DNA of 64,000 nucleotides from a virus (Duplodnaviria; Caudoviricetes): IMG/VR virus record IMGVR_UViG_3300000553_000030, positions 1,805 to 65,804 of that record; one strand, 5' to 3'. Shown piece by piece: positions 57,295 to 64,000 of this stretch (position 1 is its first letter; each line of letters starts with the position of its first letter). The notes under the pieces were generated by a model. It saw only the letters and a program-made list of their open reading frames with translations, ran no database searches and was not told where the DNA came from. The position numbers and the translations under genes were made by a program.

Positions 57295-58669
57295 TGGCCA
57301 TGTTATGATATGTTCTTCCTGCGTAACATTTAACGGGGAATTGCTCATTAACTAATATGTCTCTAACAGTTTTTAACATTTCTACACCATCACCACTATA
57401 CGCATCCACCAGTATAGAATCATATACATACAATACAACCCTACTTTGTTTAGTTTTCAAATATTCATTAATCCGTTTAATTAAAGGCATACCAAATTCT
57501 ATTTCACTTGATTGAAGAATATAATTAAACAATTTATTGGGATTTGCGTCAATAATGTGATTTTTGGTTATTCTTCTCTTGAAAATCGGTGTTTCAACAT
57601 ATCCATTCTCATTGAAGAATTCCCAGCGGTGTTTAACATACTCATTAACCTTCTGAAAGTATGGTATATGCAGATATTCATCTTTAACACCACCGTACAA
57701 ATTCAAAAATGTCAATTGTTTGGCTTTCTTTAATAATTCAACATCAATAGTATCAGTATTGAAGAATTGTTTGCCAAGATATTCATAAATATTTACACCC
57801 ATACCAATCGGATATTTAACCAAATTGGCAATAATTCGTGGATGATATGCACTATAATCCATTGTAATAAGCATTCCGTCGTTACCAAATCGGGATACAA
57901 AACTACGACGGCTCCCATCATCTTTCTTTAATGCAGCATAATTAATACCACCAAAATGGTTACTGGGTCTTCCTGTCGAAGTATATAAATTGTACTCAGT
58001 ATAAACCATATCCAACTCAATCGGTTTATCTGAAAAATGTTTATTATATTCTTCCAAATTGACTTTCATACCATTTGCCTCAATATCACACAATGTTTCG
58101 GCAATAACTGTATTCATTTGTCGATATGCATCGCTTGTTATGAAATTTAACATATCATTTTTATAATAATCGAACTTATCTTCAAATGCTTCGAGATGCT
58201 TGGCAAGCGGGACTATATTATTCAATTTATGTTGATTATACTGTTTGGTTTTGACAAAATCATGGTACTTTGTCGTAAAGTCCTCTGTATCATGTTCTAT
58301 AAGACCTTCTTGGAATTTATATAGTATGATGTCATCCACTTCCTGATGCCCAAATATGTGCATAAATCGCTTTTTATCGGTTACAAACACATTTTTGGTC
58401 ACTTTTACGATATCTGGTATGACATTTAGATGATTTAATTCAAAGTTATGAACATCTTGGTGCCAAATATTGATACAATATGTAACATTTGAGTCGATGT
58501 TCTTTATAAAAATGGCAATTACTCTAGTATATGGTGCACTTGATACTGGATTCCCTTGATATTTGGGGTGTTTATCGGGGTCAGCAATAACATAATCAAC
58601 AAACACTTTTTGGAGTGCAATGTCACTTAAAAATTGTTGATATTGTTGTTCTGATTTTATAACTACCAT
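57281..58669 (-). CDS. Family A-like DNA polymerase (compact, no 5'-exo)
   Basis: TSTGRPSN, MDYSAYHPRI, KQLTFLNLYG, NYILQS, YVYDS motifs. Confidence 0.8.
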   Translation of the reverse strand: MVVIKSEQQYQQFLSDIALQKVFVDYVIADPDKHPKYQGNPVSSAPYTRVIAIFIKNIDSNVTYCINIWHQDVHNFELNHLNVIPDIVKVTKNVFVTDKKRFMHIFGHQEVDDIILYKFQEGLIEHDTEDFTTKYHDFVKTKQYNQHKLNNIVPLAKHLEAFEDKFDYYKNDMLNFITSDAYRQMNTVIAETLCDIEANGMKVNLEEYNKHFSDKPIELDMVYTEYNLYTSTGRPSNHFGGINYAALKKDDGSRRSFVSRFGNDGMLITMDYSAYHPRIIANLVKYPIGMGVNIYEYLGKQFFNTDTIDVELLKKAKQLTFLNLYGGVKDEYLHIPYFQKVNEYVKHRWEFFNENGYVETPIFKRRITKNHIIDANPNKLFNYILQSSEIEFGMPLIKRINEYLKTKQSRVVLYVYDSILVDAYSGDGVEMLKTVRDILVNEQFPVKCYAGRTYHNMAIIDL

Positions 58670-58675
58670 AACATG

Positions 58676-58704
58676 ACTGTATATGATTATGGTAAATATG
58701 TCAA
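58676..58704 (-). promoter_or_regulatory. Sigma70-type promoter for the PolA-like gene, probably leaderless
   Basis: TTGACA-17nt-TACAGT, 6 nt to ATG 58669. Confidence 0.55.
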
Positions 58705-58710
58705 GATATT

Positions 58711-61347
58711 TTAACCAAACTTGGAAATATCACCAACTGGACGAATTGCACACACTACCGTTGTTTTCCACGAATTACTTTCTAGTTGATGTTTTAGTTC
58801 TTTTATTTGAAATACAAATTTGTTTGTGTATGGTTCTGGTAAATTTTTTACCGCAAGAATTTGGAATGTTTTGAATCCACCGAGACCGAGAATTTCAAAT
58901 TCCACAGAAGTCCCCGGCATTACAGCATTATTTGAACTAGAATCTCCACCGGTTGGATTTGCCAATAATGACATGGCCTTTGATTTATAAATTTCTGGTA
59001 TAGTTAATTGTGATTCCAAGATATGGTCACTTGCTGTGGCACTTGTACTTTCCACCCTTCTAAAAATAAGAGCACCCTCATTTATACTTTTTAACGCACC
59101 CGCTAACAATTCCTTTTGTTTGTCTGGATTTATTGCCAACTCTTTTTTACGATCTGCTATTTTTGTCAATTTCAGACTTATTGGGTCCCACACATCATAT
59201 GTTGGGCTTGTTATTAGTGCATTTTGTACAGTTAGTGGAGTTGCTGTTGCAGGATTTGCGGAGGCCGATGGAGAATTAATCTGAGATTGTCCATTATCAT
59301 GTTGAACGTGGTTTAGAATTGCCGATGCTATACTGTCTTTCATAGCCACTTCAAATTTAAAATTTTCTGATATTGATTCTTGTACAAATGGTTCCAAATA
59401 ATATAAATATGTATCTGATGTGTCTACTCCAAACTGGGTTTTGTTATTTAAATCTTGCGGTTTTGTTGGAAAGAAATTTTCGTCGTTTATATATACATTA
59501 TTAGAATCCTTTATTACTATTAAATTCCATTTATTTGGAAATAAATTGTTTAGTCTATTACATACATATTTTAATAAATCTTCTATACTTTCTGTTTGAC
59601 ATGCTTCCTTTACAAAGTCAGTACTTACATAGATATTTTCTAACAATCCTCTATCTGGGCTATCTATGCTCGGAAATGCCAATGGAGCTTGATCTGTTGT
59701 TCTATAATTTAGAACTTTATTTAAATTTTGTCTATGTGTAGACCGAAGAATTTTAAATACCTGTGCATCATCTTGATTGCTTATTTGAGAATCTGATGTT
59801 GGCGGGGAAAATTTACCGGAAAGAAAAAATGGATTGCGTTGATCTAATATGGATGTACTCAATACGAGTCTTTCATCTAAAAAAGATTCTGGATAGTAAA
59901 ACGGTGCCTTTGCATTTGGAATAAGAATATCGACATCCCAAGATATCATATTAATATCTCCGCCAATCATTTCCCCCCTAAATAAAATTTTACCATATGT
60001 TGGTGTTGTGTTTCTACCAGTCTTCGCCCAGTTAATAGCCTTTTGTGATATGATAAAATTATTGATCTCATTAAAAAATAATTTTAATGCTACATATTTT
60101 TTCTTTTTATTTCCGATTGCTGTTGTATTGAAAAATGGCTGTGTACTTTTTATAACTAAAGAGTCGGAAATGGATCCAGCTTGCCAAGCCAAAGTATACC
60201 CACTACCAAGAAATCCGCTTGGCTTGGCGACATAATCTGACGGAGAAAATACACAAAGTCTATCAGCCACATTTAAATTCTGTAATCCGTGTGTTTTCTC
60301 ATAATCTGTTACATTAGAATCCGCATTGGCAAACATCTGTTGTTCAAAATACTTTTCAAAATATTCCTTAAAACTATTAGTCGATTTTTTGGTATCATCT
60401 CCGCCATCAACCTTTGATTCATTGGTAAGATTATTCAATAACATTGCATTCACAAATTTTGAATTTGATGCTATTGTTGTAGTACAATTAAAACTATTGT
60501 CTGAACTATCAAATGAAAACCCATAGTTTGTTATTCTTCCTATCATTCCATCATAGTTTCCGGATGATTTCTTCACGTTTCTTTCAAATATTTCTGGACA
60601 GGAGAATGCTGAAAATATTCCATTACCAACCTTAGTAACATTAAATCCACTTCCAGATATTGATATTTCTGATGTATTTTTATCAACTACTAACCCATAA
60701 TCGGCAGCATTCCATGGATCTATAAACTTATCATTAGCAGCATCTGGAGATAAATCTAATAAGCTATCCGAAGAAAAATTATTCCATCCCCATTCCACTG
60801 TAACAGATATAACGGGGTTTAGAAAAAATGGTATCATTAACTCAAGTTGTGCCAATGAAAAGCATTTCCAATGAATTTCTGCCTGTCTATATACATCTTT
60901 TTTTATATCTACTGATATGGATGCTATTACTGGCGGAGGTCTAAACTTCTGTAATACAGAATCATTTGTATTATCTATTTGGATTGGATTTCCTCTTCTA
61001 TCATAACCAACAGTTTGCAATTTTCCTGGATTAACACTTCCAACATTATTATTAATTCCATATCTATCATAAAACCCAACATTTCCTTGAGAAAAAACAA
61101 ATCCTTCTATTATTTTGTTTACATTTTTATACGGAGAAGTCATTGAACCAAATTTTACCTCTGCCAATGATGCCACTCGTATCCACGAAGTTAATGGGCC
61201 TTTATATGCATCAGAATATACTGTTTGTGTATTTGGGGTTCCCGGAGAATTAAGCCCATAACTTGCTCTTCTTCTCAATTCTGTTCTTATATAACTAGGA
61301 ATTGGAAAGTTTGACCACGGAGGTGACATTTGTTGCGTTGTTGCCAT
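58711..61347 (-). CDS. Putative baseplate hub/tail protein
   Basis: 878 aa; RPPP.IASISV, W.CFSL.QL, VEWGW, GNYDGMIG, C-terminal FQI..LKH....W.TT; follows the LysM-like gene. Confidence 0.55.
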   Translation of the reverse strand: MATTQQMSPPWSNFPIPSYIRTELRRRASYGLNSPGTPNTQTVYSDAYKGPLTSWIRVASLAEVKFGSMTSPYKNVNKIIEGFVFSQGNVGFYDRYGINNNVGSVNPGKLQTVGYDRRGNPIQIDNTNDSVLQKFRPPPVIASISVDIKKDVYRQAEIHWKCFSLAQLELMIPFFLNPVISVTVEWGWNNFSSDSLLDLSPDAANDKFIDPWNAADYGLVVDKNTSEISISGSGFNVTKVGNGIFSAFSCPEIFERNVKKSSGNYDGMIGRITNYGFSFDSSDNSFNCTTTIASNSKFVNAMLLNNLTNESKVDGGDDTKKSTNSFKEYFEKYFEQQMFANADSNVTDYEKTHGLQNLNVADRLCVFSPSDYVAKPSGFLGSGYTLAWQAGSISDSLVIKSTQPFFNTTAIGNKKKKYVALKLFFNEINNFIISQKAINWAKTGRNTTPTYGKILFRGEMIGGDINMISWDVDILIPNAKAPFYYPESFLDERLVLSTSILDQRNPFFLSGKFSPPTSDSQISNQDDAQVFKILRSTHRQNLNKVLNYRTTDQAPLAFPSIDSPDRGLLENIYVSTDFVKEACQTESIEDLLKYVCNRLNNLFPNKWNLIVIKDSNNVYINDENFFPTKPQDLNNKTQFGVDTSDTYLYYLEPFVQESISENFKFEVAMKDSIASAILNHVQHDNGQSQINSPSASANPATATPLTVQNALITSPTYDVWDPISLKLTKIADRKKELAINPDKQKELLAGALKSINEGALIFRRVESTSATASDHILESQLTIPEIYKSKAMSLLANPTGGDSSSNNAVMPGTSVEFEILGLGGFKTFQILAVKNLPEPYTNKFVFQIKELKHQLESNSWKTTVVCAIRPVGDISKFG

Positions 61348-61351
61348 ATTG

Positions 61352-61654
61352 TTAACTATTTAATTGATTAAATTGACTTATTATCTGTTCTACATTTGTA
61401 GGTATACGTAGTTGTAAACCAGGCTTAACACTCAATCTTCCTGTTCCTAAATTATTTGCCATCGCAATAATCCACCATAAACCAGAGTCATTATAAAATT
61501 TATATGCCATGTAATCAAGATAATCTGTATCGCCGGTTATATAAATAGTATCACTGTCTTGCGCATCTATAACAGGATATAGTCTAGAACCAAAAAATAT
61601 TTTACCATTGTTGCTAGCATTTATATTGTAATTTGAATTATATCTCGTTATCAT
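61352..61654 (-). CDS. LysM-like / baseplate wedge (gp53-like) protein
   Basis: DYLDYMAYKFYNDSGLWWIIAMANNL...GLQLRIP. Confidence 0.75.
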   Translation of the reverse strand: MITRYNSNYNINASNNGKIFFGSRLYPVIDAQDSDTIYITGDTDYLDYMAYKFYNDSGLWWIIAMANNLGTGRLSVKPGLQLRIPTNVEQIISQFNQLNS

Positions 61655-63368
61655 TTTTCTTTGCCTTAGCATGTGCTATCTTGGAATTTTTTGGGGCATC
61701 TCCTACCAACAATTTATCTGAGAATTTTCCGTCGTCTGGATTCATCGGATTATAACTACCAAAATTATGATCTCCCATTTGAGGAAGAGTTTGTTCTAAG
61801 AGTTTACTTTGAATTGTTATTTCTACTACCCGTGGAAATTGCGCTGCCATTCCATTAGCATGAGGTTTTCCGTATGGGTTTTTAACTGTTATAATTCCGT
61901 TAAAATAAGACCAATCGACTTGGGATGCTAAATTTTCAGATAATGTTTCCCATTGTGCTTCGTCTGGGATAGTAAGTCCAATATTATCAATAACAATTGG
62001 TTGTTCTTTATACATATTACCAATTGTCACGGTCATCATTGGTGGTATTATAAAATGCGACACAATATTATTGGCAGAATTGGTTACATTTGTATATCCA
62101 GACGGTTTGACAGATGTCATTAGATAATTGATTCTTTGCCACATTGGCATCAGTTCCAACAAACTACTGGCCACAACTATGAAGTTGAAGCCCAATGTTC
62201 TAGAAAACCCTTTGTAATTATACAATTTATCTGCACGGCCAATATAATTTATATCAGTCCATTCTGCCTGTGCTTGTTCATTTATACCTTTAACAGTCGC
62301 TCTAAATGGTATATATCTATCATTTACTAGATCATGAAAGTAAAATGCAATGATATCACTATAGTCAGTATCGTATTCACCACTGGAGTTATATCTTGCA
62401 CTTCCAAGTTGATTTGACGACAATACACACAGGGAATTAACAGTATCTTGTTGTCCTGGACCAGAAAAACCGCGTCTAGTTAAAAGTAAAAGCGGATCTT
62501 TTTTGCATGTATTTACAGTATATACGGGTTGATTACACGTTATTAATTCGTTCCCCGCACCATTTTGTGTTTGTTTCCATGAATCCTCATATGTAACCGG
62601 AGTTAAATAATCTGTGCATGCGCTTGTATCTGCGTATTTACTACCATTCAAATTTTTTGTAAAACTTAATAGCGTTTGAATTTGTGAACATATACAGGAT
62701 GCTCCTCTATTTCCTCCAACTGGTGGGAGTGTATCGGCCTTGTCATTTGACGAACCAGATATTATTTGATGAGGAATTGCTCCCCCATAATGTCCTCCAT
62801 TTGTTTGTGTATAGTTCTTTAAATTGTTTATACCACCAATATAATCTTTCGTTTCTTGTGTTACACATGTTGAAGTAATTGTTGAAATACAACTTGGACT
62901 GTTGGGGCAAACTATATCTTTATCATTTGTTTTTTTGTCCCAATCTTGCGTCCCAGGTTCAACCACTTCCTTTCGATAATCGGTTGCGTAAATTTCTTGT
63001 CCTATATTGCTTACACCTGTACAAGTTAATCCACCCAATCCTAAAGTTACTCCGGGTATAACAGATACTGATGGTAAATTCAGATTTAATCCCGGTATAG
63101 TAGGTAATCCAAGGTTTGGCAAATTAAACATTGTTAACCCATCCATTCCATTTGGGGTTGGATAAACATGAGAAACCTGATTAGCTACTTGAGGAGAACT
63201 AAGATTGGCATTAACACCTAATGCAGCCAATACATCAGTAGCAATCTGTTTGTTCTCATAATTGTTGATTTGTTTATTAACTCTTCTTTCTGCCAATTGA
63301 TCTGCTCTTTTTGCTGCTGCCAATTGTTTTGAGTTATCTACAAATGATGGTATAATTGGATTTGCCAT
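61638..63368 (-). CDS. Putative baseplate/tail-tube-associated protein
   Basis: C-terminal FRAT...W....YIGRAD..Y.Y.GFSR...FNF...MWQRINYL...TIG; located between tape measure and LysM genes. Confidence 0.55.
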   Translation of the reverse strand: MANPIIPSFVDNSKQLAAAKRADQLAERRVNKQINNYENKQIATDVLAALGVNANLSSPQVANQVSHVYPTPNGMDGLTMFNLPNLGLPTIPGLNLNLPSVSVIPGVTLGLGGLTCTGVSNIGQEIYATDYRKEVVEPGTQDWDKKTNDKDIVCPNSPSCISTITSTCVTQETKDYIGGINNLKNYTQTNGGHYGGAIPHQIISGSSNDKADTLPPVGGNRGASCICSQIQTLLSFTKNLNGSKYADTSACTDYLTPVTYEDSWKQTQNGAGNELITCNQPVYTVNTCKKDPLLLLTRRGFSGPGQQDTVNSLCVLSSNQLGSARYNSSGEYDTDYSDIIAFYFHDLVNDRYIPFRATVKGINEQAQAEWTDINYIGRADKLYNYKGFSRTLGFNFIVVASSLLELMPMWQRINYLMTSVKPSGYTNVTNSANNIVSHFIIPPMMTVTIGNMYKEQPIVIDNIGLTIPDEAQWETLSENLASQVDWSYFNGIITVKNPYGKPHANGMAAQFPRVVEITIQSKLLEQTLPQMGDHNFGSYNPMNPDDGKFSDKLLVGDAPKNSKIAHAKAKKNDNEI

Positions 63369-63371
63369 AAA

Positions 63372-64000
63372 TTATGTCCTTACAGGGGCTATAGTATTAT
63401 CATTATTTAATGCTAATTGTTTCTTTAATTTTAACAATTTACCATCAAAATCAATCTTTACACCATTGTTTAATGCATCGGCAATTTTATTCAACGCATT
63501 TGTCGTTGCTTGTTGTGAATCTATATTTGATTTACTACTTGTATTAACAACTGTGCTTGTTGTGCCAACATTTCCTAATGCTGATAATCCAGAGGTATCA
63601 ATCTTGGCACCGGAAATGATTACCATTGACTGAGCAATTGATGCCAATGCATCGGCAGTAATTGTGAGACCATCTCCCAAATTTGCCATCTTATCTATAT
63701 TGGTAAAAATAGATCCGCCAAAAAAATTACCAATCCCACCGATTAGTGATCCTGCCCCAAAAGCAGCAAATGCTAATGACAATAATCCTAATCCAGCCGC
63801 CGTTTCTGCTAATTTAGTATACCCAATGTCCGTTAATTGTTTTATCCCATTCGCCATTGGCACAATACTATCCGCTACCATTTTAAATGCTACAGCGGCG
63901 ATAAGTGCACCAACAGAAAATTCTAACATAACAATTCCCAAAGCAGCAAGTAATCCTATACCTATCCCTATCCATACAGGGATTGGTCCAGCCCCCATTA
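63372..64000 (-). CDS. Tail tape-measure protein, C-terminal part (runs off the window)
   Basis: Ala/Gly/Leu-rich hydrophobic helices upstream of baseplate genes. Confidence 0.6.
   Translation of the reverse strand, partial: MGAGPIPVWIGIGIGLLAALGIVMLEFSVGALIAAVAFKMVADSIVPMANGIKQLTDIGYTKLAETAAGLGLLSLAFAAFGAGSLIGGIGNFFGGSIFTNIDKMANLGDGLTITADALASIAQSMVIISGAKIDTSGLSALGNVGTTSTVVNTSSKSNIDSQQATTNALNKIADALNNGVKIDFDGKLLKLKKQLALNNDNTIAPVRT

Noticed and set aside
266-63061. Numerous 60-190 aa ORFs antisense or out of frame to assigned genes
   Set aside because: Shadow ORFs without motifs or expression signals; only the repeated MGRK and RHH families were kept.
1-64000. Alternative genetic code (TAG or TGA reassignment) as the cause of gene fragmentation
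   Set aside because: Long genes are open in code 11, breaks involve frame changes or inserted ORFs, and TAG read-through at 45515 would still be out of frame.

Overview
This AT-rich window comes from a large tailed (myovirus-like, distantly T4-like) phage genome; no rRNA, tRNA or CRISPR array was seen. It carries replication and nucleotide genes: PolB in two ORFs, a PolA-like polymerase, gp41/DnaB helicase, UvsX/RecA, gp32-like SSB, gp62-like clamp-loader subunit, 5'-3' exonuclease, class II NrdJ, dUTPase, dNMP kinase and a Cas4-like nuclease. It also has a ~17 kb glycosyltransferase/methyltransferase/GDP-fucose synthase region, putative head-packaged proteins, and the start of a baseplate/tape-measure module. 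The main signal is systematic gene fragmentation by about 16 free-standing endonuclease genes. Five split inteins (dUTPase x1, helicase x2, UvsX x2, with N-halves as short as 13 and 15 aa) each have an endonuclease ORF in the break. Two glycosyltransferases are split by endonuclease cassettes with no intein. Many endonucleases travel with a ~50-aa partner gene (a ribbon-helix-helix-like family or an 'MGRK' basic family) behind a conserved TATTTAT motif. Other oddities are a mini-protein carrying the Gol-like segment of the major capsid protein, a duplicated PolA C-terminus flanking an endonuclease cassette, and a 7-nt stop-containing interruption in the 5'-exonuclease active-site motif. All family calls come from motif recognition by eye, not database searches.
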